Positions 52,591-64,000 of a stretch of DNA of 64,000 nt are shown piece by piece (position 1 is the first letter of the stretch; every line of letters begins with the position of its first letter). The DNA is taken from positions 15,440,001-15,504,000 of the forward strand of contig NC_045697.1 of assembly GCF_009834535.1 (NCBI RefSeq), read 5' to 3'. The position numbers and the translations under genes were made by a program. Origin of the DNA: Camelus ferus (lineage: Eukaryota). The notes under the pieces are model-generated. The model ran no database searches, was not told where the DNA came from, and saw nothing but the letters and a program-made list of their open reading frames with translations.

Positions 52591-52786
52591 CAGTTTATCA
52601 CTTTACCTATCATCAAGCTCTGGAGATGACTCAGGACAGACAAGAAGGGACTACGAGGCCTCGTGTGGCTCTGCGCTTCACCAGAACTCAGATCACTGAG
52701 CGTTTCCTTTTCACATTTACCTCATGCCAAATACAGATTTGGTATTTCTTACACCACACAACTCATTTTAATCTGATCAAAGCCCC

Positions 52787-52957
52787 TTTTTTTTTTTTTG
52801 TATACATACATTTTTATTGAAGTACAGTCAGTTTACAAAATTGTGTTAATTTCTGGTGTACAGTATAACGCTTCAGTCATGCATGGACATACATATATTC
52901 GTTTTCATATTCTTTTCCACCGTAAGTTGCAAGATATTGAGTATAGTTCCCTGTGCT
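52787..52957 (-). mobile_element. Very short young L1 3' end with poly(A)
   Basis: Poly(T) followed by tttttattgaagtacagtcagtttaca...tttctggtgtacag...catacatatattc...aagatattgagtatagttccctgtgct. Related to the 3' end at 33031-33200. Confidence 0.85.
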
Positions 52958-53367
52958 CACTAAAGCCTTTGTGTCCATAAATTTCTGCAATTCTTTTCTC
53001 GTCTTAAACGTACTACGTCATGTCTTGTCTCCTCAAATCTTATTTTACTGTAGAGAAAGCGTGCTAAGAGCAGGAATCAAACAAATGCTCTAACGTTACA
53101 TTCTGCAGGAAAACCCCCACTCAAGAACTCACTATAGACCAAGACAGCAAATACACCCTCCATTACTGTAAAAACAAACCCTAAGAAAGAGAACTGTGGC
53201 CTACTGAGGAAAAAAGAAAGAATAAAGACTGGACTTTTGAGTCACACAGACCTTAGACCTTGGTCTGTAACATTTGGCATCTTCTGACTCAAGACCTTGA
53301 GTCCATCACTCAAGCTTTATAAACCACTGTGATACACAGTCCTTCTCTTATCTGTGAAAAATTTTAG

Positions 53368-54598
53368 TGAAACCGAGCAGGACCCTGTGGGGTTCTCCCT
53401 GGTACAAACCCTTTCCCTGTGCTCCACTTCTTGTTTGTCAGAAATAGGCTTTCTTCAGCCTCCTTGGCCTTCCCTGAGTTCCAAAGGGCAAATTCAAAGA
53501 GTTGCTAATCAGGGAAGGGAGGGGATGCAAAGACCAGGGAGGAACAGTCAGGAAACAATAGCGTAGCCTTGGGGCAGAGTCCTGGTTCCTCCTCAAGGAA
53601 TATACGTAACAATTTATCTCTGAGTTCTTCTGCAGTCTTACTGCAAGCTTCCCCTCCCCACAGATGGAGGAGGTTAACTTCAGGCTGAGCAAAGATTCCT
53701 GGAACATCGCCAGGTTACCTATAGACAGGAAAAATGAATGTGGGGCGATAGGAAGGCGGGGACGTGCCTGGGACGTGCCCCGCCAAGTATGGGTCCTTGG
53801 CTTTCGCACAGGAAAGAATTCAAGAGTGAGCACAGTTGAGTAAAGACAGATTTATTTAGATAGATACATACTACATAGAGTGTAGGCTGTTTCAGAAGGT
53901 GAGAGACAGGCCACAAGTGTAGAGGTTGGGAGCTCAGGTTAAAGTAAAAGTAGATACACACTCCATAGACAAGAGTACGGGCCACCTCCAAAGATGAGGG
54001 AGTGAGAGACCACAAGGTGTGGTGTTGCTAGTTTTTATGGGCTCAGTAGCTTCATAGGCTAGTAAGTGGGAGGATTGTTCCAACTATTTTGGGGAAGGGA
54101 TTGGGATTTCCAGGAATTGGGCCACCGCCCACTTTTTGACCTTTTACGGTCAGCCTGACAACTACCATGGCGCCTGTCGGAGTGTTATTTCCCATGCTAA
54201 TAGATTATAATGAGCATATAATGAAGCTCAAGGTCTACCGGGAGTCAAGTCTCCTGTCATCTTGAGCTTCAAGGCCTACTGAGAGTTGAGTCTTCCACCA
54301 TTTTGGTGTTAACTGCTGTGTCATTCCTTGAATGGCTGTGCCCTGCCCTCTTCCTTCCTGTCTCAACCTCATCACCAACCAATCAGAAGAAAGTCACACA
54401 CCCTGCAGCCCTCACCCCAGATTTTGCTTATAAATACTTCTCCTGCAAAACCATCAGGGAGTTTAGGTTTTTAGAGCATGAGCCACTGGTCCTTCTTGCT
54501 TGGCCCTGCAATATAACCTTTCTCTGCTCCAAATTCCAGTGTTTTCGGTTTATTTGGCCTCGCTGTGCATCAGGCATGTGAACTTTTGTTCAATAACA
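53368..54598 (+). mobile_element. Solo ERV1-type LTR (TG...CA) split by a second LTR
   Basis: Starts tgaaaccgagcaggaccc and ends caataaca. CCAAT (accaatcag) and TATAAA lie in the 3' half. Flanks ttag/tgag are a near-match 4-bp TSD. Confidence 0.85.
53721..54365 (-). mobile_element. Solo ERV1-type LTR nested in the previous LTR
   Basis: Minus strand starts TGAGACAGGAAGGAAG, with a minus-strand AATAAA near 53853. Exact 4-bp TSD acct at 53717-53720 and 54366-54369. Confidence 0.88.
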
Positions 54599-55121
54599 TG
54601 AGAACCCCCTACGTTTATCAGTGAGAATAAATGAAATAATGCACATTCCATATCTGGACAGATAGATAAGCCTCCAATATGTCCGTTCCTCTTCTAGTCT
54701 TACTGCAAACCCACCCTCTGAGATTGCATTTATCCTGCCTGCAGAAGTTTATCTTCCAAATAATACAGATCCTGATGGGCTGAAATTCCTCCTGTGTCTT
54801 CTCTTGGTGAAGAGATGAAATAGCAGCTGTGATGTACAGGAGCAGTGCTGTTGAATTATTTGGAAATATTTTGTTCCACAGAGAGGCCATCTCAGAAGGC
54901 CTGTGAGGGCAATAGTCCAGCTGGATTTCACCAGGCGACAGAAACCATTCACCTGATTCCTCTCTTCTATACTCCACTCCCATTTTTACGTACTGATTAA
55001 AAGAAAAAAAAAGTATACTGTACATGCACAAAACAGAATTGTAATAAATTTGCTGAGTTAATTGTTTCCAGTTGTATTACACCAAGCTGGGCATGAAAAA
55101 TGAGAAATAGGAGACTGCTAT

Positions 55122-55760
55122 TGAGACAGGAAAGAAGGGGGCAGGACACAGCCATTAAGAGAATGACACAGCAATTAGCACCAAGATGATGGAAAAGTCA
55201 ACTCCCAATAGACCTTGAGGCCCAAGATGGCATGAGATTTGACCTCCATTTGACCTTGAGCTACTTGATACACACTGTAATGTACTAGCATGGTGAATGA
55301 CATACCCAAAAGCCCAATGACAGTTCTGAAGTTGACCATGAAAGGTCAAAGAGTGGGCAGTGGCCCAATTCCTAGGAATCCCTGCCCCTTCCCCAAAGCA
55401 GTTGGAATAATCCTCTCACTTGTTAGCAGATAAAAAGTAGCAACACTGTGCCTTGTGGTTGCTCTCTCTCTCTCGCCTTCTGAGCTGGCCTGCACTCTGC
55501 CTATGGAGTGTATATCTACTTTTACTTTAAACACCCAACCCTACACCTCTCAGCCTTTCTCTTGCCTGCTTTGATGGCCTGCACTCTGACTATGGAGCGT
55601 TCATCTCTCTGAATAAATCTTTTACTCAACTATGGCTCACTCTTGAATTCTTTCCTTCATGAAGCCAAGTACCCTCACTTGGAGGGGCACATCCCAGAAA
55701 CCCAAAGAAAACCTGGGACATGGTCATCCTCTTGCATCCCACATCATTTTTCCTGTATCA
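55122..55760 (+). mobile_element. Solo ERV1-type LTR of the same family as 53721-54365
   Basis: tgagacagg...cctgtatca terminal inverted repeat, AATAAA at ~55612, and flanks ctat/ctgt. The first 83 nt are about 71/83 identical (by eye) to the reverse complement of 54283-54365. Confidence 0.9.
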
Positions 55761-56642
55761 CTGTCAGTTAAAGCCTTGAGATCAACTTCATTGAGGGCAT
55801 TTCATTGTCTTTGATCACCCTGATGTGCTTTTCGGAAGGTCTGTAGGCTGATAATAAATTTGGCAACTCTACCAAATTTACCAAAACCCTAGCAGAAGAC
55901 TAGAATGTAAAATCTACCTACCTTGATAGGTGTGATACTATTCAAAATCTGGTTTGGAATACTATTTCGGTGAAATAAAATATGTCTGAGCTTTGGATCA
56001 TGATTAAGATAAAGACATATAATTCCTATTTTATTAGCTCTGTTTTGCAGCATAAAAGTTCAGCAAAATAGAAGATTCAGGTTTGGGAGCGTGCGAGAGC
56101 TGGGGAATTAATTTATTTCACAGATTTGACTCACTGAACAGCGCTGTCATTTTAATTTCTTTTGGAACAGGTATAACATTTGCTTTCTTGGCTTCAGAGA
56201 CTCCAACATTCTCCACTCTGACCCTTAGACTCAGTATGGGGCATATAGTAAAATCTCATTTTTTTTATAATCTATGTATTTCCGAAGTTAATTGTCCCAT
56301 CTCTATATGACCAAATGACCCTGAAGTTTCTTAGATTAGAGCCTGCTTAGGTTAAAGAGGCCTACCTGCTGAATAGTGCCTTTATTGAGGGAGAACTGAG
56401 TATAGACATTCTGAATCCAGAACGAGAATTTCTCAAAACATTATTTTTTTTTTTAGAGGAAAGCTTCCAGGAACTTGACATACTTTTTTTTTTTTTTCCT
56501 AGAGTTATCTGGGCTCTTATGCAAATTTTCTAGGCAGCCAAAACACAAACACAATTTTTTCCAACATGATCAACCAGTAACTTTCAATTGTTGGTTTCTA
56601 TTACTGAATAAGATTTGAGGTTCCCTCTACCCAGATCCTCTT

Positions 56643-57266
56643 TGGAAAGCAGAATGCTAAGACAGTCCCCAAGATTCCCACATTCTGGTGTAAACACCTT
56701 ATTATTACCTCCATGTGGTTATAAACATGACTTGTGAATATGATGGGATATCACTCCCATTATGATGTTATATTATATAGCAGAAAGTATATAGCAGAAA
56801 GAAAATCCCTCATCAGTTGACTCTGAGCTAATCAAAACAAATTATACTTGGTGGGCTTCACTTAATCAGGTGAGCCCTTAAAAGTGGTCAAAGTTATGCA
56901 AAGTGAGAGAGGTCCTCCTGAGGAGCTTAAAAGAGCTAACTCCATGTTGTGGAGAAGGCCACGTGGCAGGGTACAGAGGGCAGCCTCCAGGAGCTGAGAG
57001 TGGCCCTAGTTAACAGCCAGTCAGAAAGTGGAAACCTCACTTCTACAACCACAAGACACTGAATTCTGCCAGCAACAAGGGAGCTTGAAAGACAACTTTC
57101 AACCCCAGATGAGGACCCAGTCCTAGCCTTCTGGGACATCCAGCAAAAAATCCAGGAGATCCCTGCTCAGACTTCCGACCTACAGAATTGTGAGATAAGA
57201 AATGGACATTGTCATAATGCATGACTTTTATGGTAATTTCTTATGCAGAAATGGAAAACTAATACA
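56643..57266 (+). mobile_element. MaLR solo LTR (MLT1E-like)
   Basis: gaatatgatgggatatcactccc...taatcaggtgagccctt...gccacgtggcagg...gaattctgccagcaac...gacttccgacctacagaattgtgagataa...gaaaactaataca. Confidence 0.88.
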
Positions 57267-57899
57267 GAACTCACTGCTTTATATATTGACATAGATAAGA
57301 GGGACTCAGGATTGCATTAGAGGATTTTCCAAGCAAGACAGAAGTATAGTCACCTTGTTCAGTCTCTATTCCTCAAATGAAGAAACTAAGTAACTAGACA
57401 GAAAAAGTTCTTCACAAAAATCAACCTTAGAATCCAGGTTATTCCAATCCAGGTTCATTCTATCTCACGCCTAATGCAGAACTAAGGCTTTGACCCAGAA
57501 CTTGCCTATCTCCATCTAGTGCTCTAGTCCATGAAACTCTTGCCCTGCTGAACTGTTACCAATGATGAGAAATGTAAATACAGCCAAAGAAAGATATGAA
57601 AGAACCTATATGGCTAAGTCAGTGGACTAATGAGTGACTTCTTGTGTATAAAGTTTCCAAGAGTCCAAATCATAGGATGGACAGGCAATAACTGACTTTC
57701 CCATGTGAGCTGGCTTTAGATTATGTCCCCAGAACACAAGCAGCTAACATCTCAAAGCAACTATAGGCTCAGTAAAGTGAGAGATGAAAAGTTAGAGCAC
57801 ATAAAATGTGCTTTCTAATAGTTTGTCTTTCAAATAAAGACCAATACTAACCCCAACCCCCGTTTTATACTGAGGTTCACACTGTGGTGACCATGACCA

Positions 57900-58105
57900 C
57901 AAGCCCTCAAGCTGGGGACCTGAGTTTGAATTCTGAGTCCACCATCTTCCAGGTGTATAAACTTTAATTCATATGTTTTGGTTTTCTCTTCTGTAAAATT
58001 GAGATAATGAATGTAAGTATCTCATAGGGTCCAGTTTGCATTAACTGAGTTAATGTACATCTAAAAACAATGCCTAAAATAAGATCAGCACTCACGAATG
58101 TTAGC
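57900..58105 (+). mobile_element. MIR SINE
   Basis: acctgagtttgaattctg...ctgtaaaattgagataat...ctcataggg...gcactcacgaatgttagc. Confidence 0.8.
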
Positions 58106-60054
58106 CAGGGTTCTTAGATTGCAGTCTCCAAATACTCGGTTTGAAAAAGAAATATTTAGGCACATCAATTTGTCAGGTTCTTCTGTAACTGGGATTTTGA
58201 CTTATAAACTCAATTATTCCTTCAATTGTACTTTATTTTAAGTTTAAAAAGAAATATGATGTTTTACAATTGCCAGCTTTGCTTAACTAAGGAAAAAAAA
58301 ATACTATGCTTGAGTAAAGTAAGTTGGTGATTTCAGATGACACTCAAAGCGGGTAACGACTTCATGCCAACATTTTCAATATATTATTTTCCTTGTTAAG
58401 GAGCATCTGTGCATTACCATATGTTTTATTAAGTGTTGGGGGAAGATGGTAGCAAGATGATTAACACAAGAATTGCTCATCATTTCCCCCAAAACTGTGT
58501 GTTCTAAAAGTTTTCTAAAATTAGACTGAAAAGATTCTTAACTTTGTGGAAACACAAAAATTTACCTAGGCGGACTAAATGAATATGTGATGGTTTGTAG
58601 GTAGCTGATAGCATATTCACAGAGCTGCAAGGTCACCTAGGGACAGATTCAAAATATTTAACCCCAGGGTATCACAAGCTTTTCTGTAAAGACTCATCCA
58701 TGCCTACTAGTAAAACATCAGCCTTATCTGGTAACAGAGCAACACACTCTACTCAAATTTGAACTCAACAATTGTGGCTAGTGTTTGCTGGTGGGCTGTG
58801 GTTAGATGTATGCTAAATTATGGAAAACCTACCTATGAACATGCCCTGGAATGCAAGATGAGGGAGGGGCGCGTAATTCCCAGAAGAAGGGATTTTGACA
58901 AGAAATGTCATAAATGGCCATCAGGAGACTCCAAATTTGAAGTCTGAGATGATAGTTATAATGGTTCTAAATCCTTTTGCGTGTTTGTAGAAGGCGTATG
59001 AGTCAATTTCCCGATAGATTTGTGCATTCTGAATCTGGGTCACTAAGAAACACACAAATCGGATTAAGTCCATCACCTACAGAGAAGCACTGGCCCTCTG
59101 CTATTAATGCTGCATGGTTTCTCTATGTGTTAACAAGTGACACAGACGAAGTGGTAGCATGCTATTGCCAAGGGAAAGAGTGTCCACTTCAGCTATCCAG
59201 GGGGCCCTGCCTCTTCTGAAATTGAGATGTGAACTGTCTACACAGAATGAGCTCATCTGTGACTCATTATAGGTTTAGGATGATCTCAAGTTGTTTGTGA
59301 GTTTATGTTCATCTTCGTGCGTGTTATGAATATAAAGGCAACGTTTCAGTCTTAATTCAACTGTCGCCAAATTTCTGGCTGCAACTCAATGGAAAGGATT
59401 TCTCTGGGTCAGAAAAGTACAGCAGTTAAAAGCAGACTGCAGTTGTTATTAAATATATATATATTATGGGGGAAACAAGGAGGGCATTCAGATCTGATTA
59501 TCAAAATATTAGAAACGATCTCCTTTCACATTTCCTTGCCAAGAATGGAGCCTCAGTTATATTCCGCATAAAGCAGATTTTATGACATAAAGATTATGTC
59601 CTTTTAACGTAAGCATGTAACTCATCCCCATATATGACAGCTAAACTCAAAACAGGACAGTTCTAATCCTTGGGCTTGTTGCAAACAATTTTCTTCATCT
59701 GTCTTCCACATAACGGTTCTCATAAAGAAGTTGCTCATTGTGAAGTCACAAGTACCAGTTTGTGGGAAGTCATTCCTGAGAGAAAACATTAAAGCCTTGC
59801 CCACAGGCTGAAGGAAATATCATCAAGGTTCTGAATAATCTGGCAAAACCCAGAGGAACACGGAAACATTCGTTGTTTCATTCTAACCAAGCAGCATCAA
59901 AAGGCATCCTCATATTACAAAACTGAAGAGTTTCAGAATCCACGCATTACTTATCAGTTCACCTAAAGAGACTCTGTCTATCTCAGTCATCCATCATGTC
60001 CCAGTGCTTAAAATAGAACCTGACACCTAGTACACACTCGAGCGACACTGAACC

Positions 60055-60270
60055 TTACCTTGTACCAGGCATTTCTAAAGGAAATTTACATGCATTACCT
60101 CATTTAATCCTTTCAACCGTCTAAGTAGATACTAGTCTGCTCCTCATTTTATGTGCAGGGTAACTGAAGCACAGACAATTTCAGCAACGCCTCCAGCATA
60201 ACGTAGCTAAAATGTAAAGAAAGCCAGGGTTTCCATCCAAGCCACACTGGCACCAGCGCTTTCCCTCCAA
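60055..60270 (-). mobile_element. MIR SINE
   Basis: tgtaccaggca...catttaatcct...cattttatgtgcagggtaactgaagcacaga. Confidence 0.75.
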
Positions 60271-60940
60271 CTACTTCATTCTGATTGAATAAACCAAAGA
60301 GAAAGGATCTGTTGAGAAACCTGGGCATGCACAATAATTTTGTCTGGACATATAAATAACTTAAGTTGTTTCAACCTTCTTTACAAAATGGAAGAAGCAG
60401 GGTAGAGACCATCAAGGTTTACCAACACCATCATCCTAGTCACCCCAGGGCTCTACAAAGCCTCTGGCCCTGACAACAAGCTAAATACGGAACTGCTTAC
60501 TGCCTCGCATGGCTTCTAGTGGATTCTTCTTCACATGCTATGGAGCAGAAATGATACCGACCCCAGGAACCAGGAGATGATAATAACTGCCATTTATTAA
60601 ACATGTACTGCAAGCCAGCCTGAAGCTAGACACTGTTTCTACGCTATCTTATTTAATTTTCCCAACTACTCTGTGGGATATATATTTTTGCCCCATATGA
60701 AGGTGAATGAGGTTAAGAAATTTCATCACATGGTAGAAAAGGGATGTGGGTCCAGACTACCTGACTTCACAAGCCATGGTCTCTCAATGAGGTTGTTGAG
60801 TTCAAGTCCCACTTCTGCATTTTACCAGCAGAATGATTTTGAGTAAGTCCTTTAACAGCTCTCTGACCTAAGCTTGGTCATCTACTAACAAGGCAATAGT
60901 AATAATAGCAGCAGTAGTAATAATAGTAATGCTATTTTGT

Positions 60941-61040
60941 GGGAGGATAGCTCGGTGGTAGAGAGCATGCTTATCATGCATGAGGTCCTGGGTTCAAACT
61001 CCAGTATCTCCACTAAATAATAATAATAGCAACAACAACA
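60941..61040 (+). mobile_element. tRNA-Ala-derived SINE (camelid vic-1 type), not a functional tRNA
   Basis: gggaggatagctcggtggtagagagcatgcttatcatgcatgaggtcctgggttcaaactccagtatctcca has A and B boxes and a mutated anticodon loop (ttatcat versus ttagcat). It has an (AAT)n tail and TSD-like flanks ctattttgt/ctattttat. Confidence 0.9.
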
Positions 61041-62619
61041 CTATTTTATTATCTAGGCTTTCTCAAGATTGTTATAAGAAAAATATATGTAAAGAGGCCA
61101 GATCAATACCCTAAAATTTATGTTGTCTCCCCCATTCCACTACCTCATCCTACATAGTCTACTAAATAAAACCAATACAAACCACAAAACCCAGAACTTA
61201 ACAAAATCTGCCATTAAAATAAGACTTTTGTTGATTTTCTTATTACAAAATTATGGGTGTATGTGCTAAAGCTGGACGGTGCTCAATCTCTGAGGCCTAC
61301 CTCTGCTGATGCTCTGAGCACAGGGTGTCTACTTGATAATCCTGCATTTGAAGACAGTGTAATCAACTGTGAAATGTGATATAAAGGCAAGAGATCTTTG
61401 GTGTGGTTGTATTATTGTGTACCTAGCTGTGTTCCCACCAAGTTCAAGAGCTCACCACAATCTCATCCTTTTAGCTTCAATCAAAGTCAATGCTTACACA
61501 GCCCTGCCCAGGGAAGCTTTCCCTGACTTTCCAAGACTGATCTGGGTGCCTCTCCTCTGTGCCTCCATAGCAATCTGTCCTCACCCCATCACAGCTCATT
61601 CTAAGATGTCAATCATATGAAATACAAGCAGTAGAAGGGAAGACTGCCCCCTGCTAATTCACACCAGAGTTTGACTGAAGAATAGGATCAGATTCAGTAT
61701 TCTGGAACCCAAAATAGGAAAAGAAATTTATAGCCCAAAGTCCCTGCCTCCATCCCAGTGGCCAGCCAGACCTGCTGTGATAATGACCTTCATAGGAGTT
61801 TCTAGACTTCCTCTCCTGGGAATGCATTCAAAAATGGAACTCAGTGAGCAATGTTTGTTTAACGGCCTGGCTATCCAGAATTCATGCAGAAATCAATGAC
61901 AGGCAAGCACGCCTTAGCACATCTTAATGGGATGAACTCACACTAAAAAGGCTAAATGAGCAAAGAGACAATTCAATTTCCAGGGTAGAGACTAGGCTGA
62001 GATGGAACACAAGCAAGAAAAACTCCCAAGCAGGCAGACTAGCTAGGAGATCTACTGTTTTCAAACCATTACAAAAAATGGAGAAGAGGAAAACTCATTA
62101 GCGAGACCTGCCCATGACCCCATCTGATGTCTAGACCCTGCCAGAGGCTGACTGTGAAAGTCTAGTGAGAGAAACGGAAACGATAGAAGGTCTTGTTTAT
62201 GTAAACTCTTTTCCCGGGGAGCTTTCCTGATACGGATGGGAAGGAGGGGCAGACGCACAGGACCGAGAAAAGGAGAGATGGATGCACGGGGAGCGGGGAT
62301 GGGAACTTCCAGGGTCTCTAAGGATGTGATCCGTCAGTCAAGATGGAAAAAACGCCAGGGTCTCCAGGGTGAGAAGGGGAGGGGAGCACATGGAGGAGGA
62401 AGAATAAGACAAGACATTTTAATATTTATAAAAGTGACTTCTGGGAACTTATGCTTATTTTCTTCAATGCATAATTCTAAGAGTCAAAGAGTACCACTGT
62501 TTTTTTTTCTTAAAGCAGTCCCCTGCTTCTGCCCCTTCTTACTTTCACATCCTAATCTTCAGAGTCATCACATTCAACTCTTTAGCTGTTTCTTCCAATA
62601 TTCAAACCTAATTTCAACA

Positions 62620-63350
62620 TAAGGTATCTGTTTTGCTATTTCTTGATTTTGCAGTTACAGACATTATCTTAATTCCCTTCTTCTAAGGAAGATAAGGGTT
62701 ATGCTTGCTCAGTGTCCTTGTGCTGATCATCGCTGCAGCCTCAAACTCATCAGAGCTGCAAAACCTATCTCAAAAAGGTATCCTTTATCTACTTTTTTCT
62801 TGGAGACATCACTCATAGAGCCCAAGTCACACACTCCAGTGTAAACTGGGTCCTCCTCGACTGGCTGCAGAGCAGGGGTAGTGGACCTTCTCTATTCTCT
62901 TCTCTCTACTCTTAGGAAACCTCTGTTTCCTGGATCTCACATTCGATCATTTTTTCTTTCATTTGCCCCTATGCACTGAGAGGACATGGGCCATGGATCC
63001 GCTGACGTCTTGCATGTCTGAAAATGTTGCTGTTCTACCCTCAGACTTAATTTATAGTTTGGTTGCGAATGTAATTCCAGTTGGAAGTCAATTTCCTCAG
63101 GATTGTGATCATTTCTCTCTTGTCTTCTGCCAGTGTTGCTATTAAGAATTTTGATGCCATGATAATTCCTCATCATATGTCACCTGCTTTTTTCCCCCTC
63201 TGTCCAGAAGTTTTTAGAATTCTCTTTTTAGTGTTGATGTTCTGCATTTTCTTGATGATAGGGCTTGATGTGAGTCTTTTTTCTGCATTCTGCTGGGCAC
63301 AAAGTGGGCCCTATCACTCTGGAAACATATAGCCTTCAATCGAGGGAAAT
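62620..63350 (-). mobile_element. HAL1/L1M ORF1-region fossil
   Basis: Minus-strand TGRRQ..N....EIDFQ...QPNY.LS resembles the L1/HAL1 ORF1 C-terminus (RRQW...ENDFQPRILYPAKLS). Confidence 0.55.
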
Positions 63351-63469
63351 GATTCATTGTATGGGATATAGAATGGAAAATGGTTAACATTACAGATTAC
63401 AATTATAATCTTATGGGACCTAACCTCAGGAGTGAATTCCATCTATGGGCCATATTGGAGGCTGGTCAG

Positions 63470-63551
63470 TAAATTCAAGAGAAAGGGATTACAGAGGCAT
63501 GTGCGCACCAGGAGAGGACACTAGGAGCCGTCTTGCAGGCTGCCCACCACA
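63470..63551 (-). mobile_element. MaLR LTR 5' fragment (MLT1F/G-like)
   Basis: Minus strand tgtggtgggcagcctgcaagacggctcc...tcctggtg...tgtaatccc. Confidence 0.55.
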
Positions 63552-64000
63552 CCTTGCTTAGAAGCAGTTGAGTCATAATCTCATCACTTCATCTGCTTCT
63601 CATGAGAGTGAAACTAGGTTACCTGCTGTCAAGACAGCGGGGACCTCAGTTCTGAGGTAGAGGATTTTCCTGAGACCTTCTATAGGCAAGAGGAATTTTG
63701 TTGGCGAAAATACCTGATTTTCTTTTTCATATATGAAAGTTCACAATCCTTTTTTCTGTCAAGGGTTGAAGAGTACAAAAATTTAGGAGTAAATATGGTG
63801 AAATCTACAAAGGTTGTATTTCTATAGAAGACTCCCCCCCCCCCCGAATGACAACTACAATAATTCTATGAGATGACCTTATTCTACTAATAGTATTAAC
63901 AAGAAGAATCACTAATATGAAAATCAAGGTGAAGATTAGGGTAATTAATCATTCAATTAATTTGTAAAAAAAAAACTCATTTGTCTTAATAATTAAGGTA

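Larger units (their letters stand above)
51503..53291. promoter_or_regulatory. Candidate enhancer: cluster of seven AP-1 consensus sites
   Basis: TGASTCA at 51503, 51594, 51916, 52548, 52627, 53238 and 53285. Confidence 0.4.

Noticed and set aside
60941..61012. Functional tRNA gene
   Set aside because: It has a mutated anticodon loop and stems, an A-rich tail and TSD-like flanks, so it is a SINE copy.
1..64000. Host gene identity, or a novel multi-gene system
   Set aside because: No coding exon of a known protein could be recognised, and splice-signal candidates occur on both strands. Naming a gene or a system would be unsupported.

Overview
This is AT-rich, CpG-depleted mammalian intronic or intergenic DNA. 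It is very probably camelid, judged from a tRNA-Ala-derived vic-1-type SINE at ~60.94 kb and the style of the young L1 3' ends. No host protein-coding exon, RNA gene or CRISPR array can be recognised; the ORF track is mostly chance ORFs, microsatellite read-through and transposon fragments. The window is dominated by transposable elements. These include a young, twin-primed (5'-inverted) L1 with a perfect 15-bp TSD nested in an ancient L1, a decayed ERVL provirus with later insertions, several solo LTRs (one nested pair and one inverted pair), and MaLR LTRs, hAT-Charlie fossils, L2 and MIR copies. The unique DNA holds candidate micro-exon or recursive splice signals on both strands, an AP-1 motif cluster, RFX/CLEAR/YY1 motifs, two AT-rich perfect palindromes, and two open frames that faintly resemble RTE-clade reverse transcriptase. 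I found no convincing evidence of a new biological system; the findings are hypotheses. Repeat family names come from my recollection of consensus sequences, not from a database search, and boundaries of old repeats are approximate.
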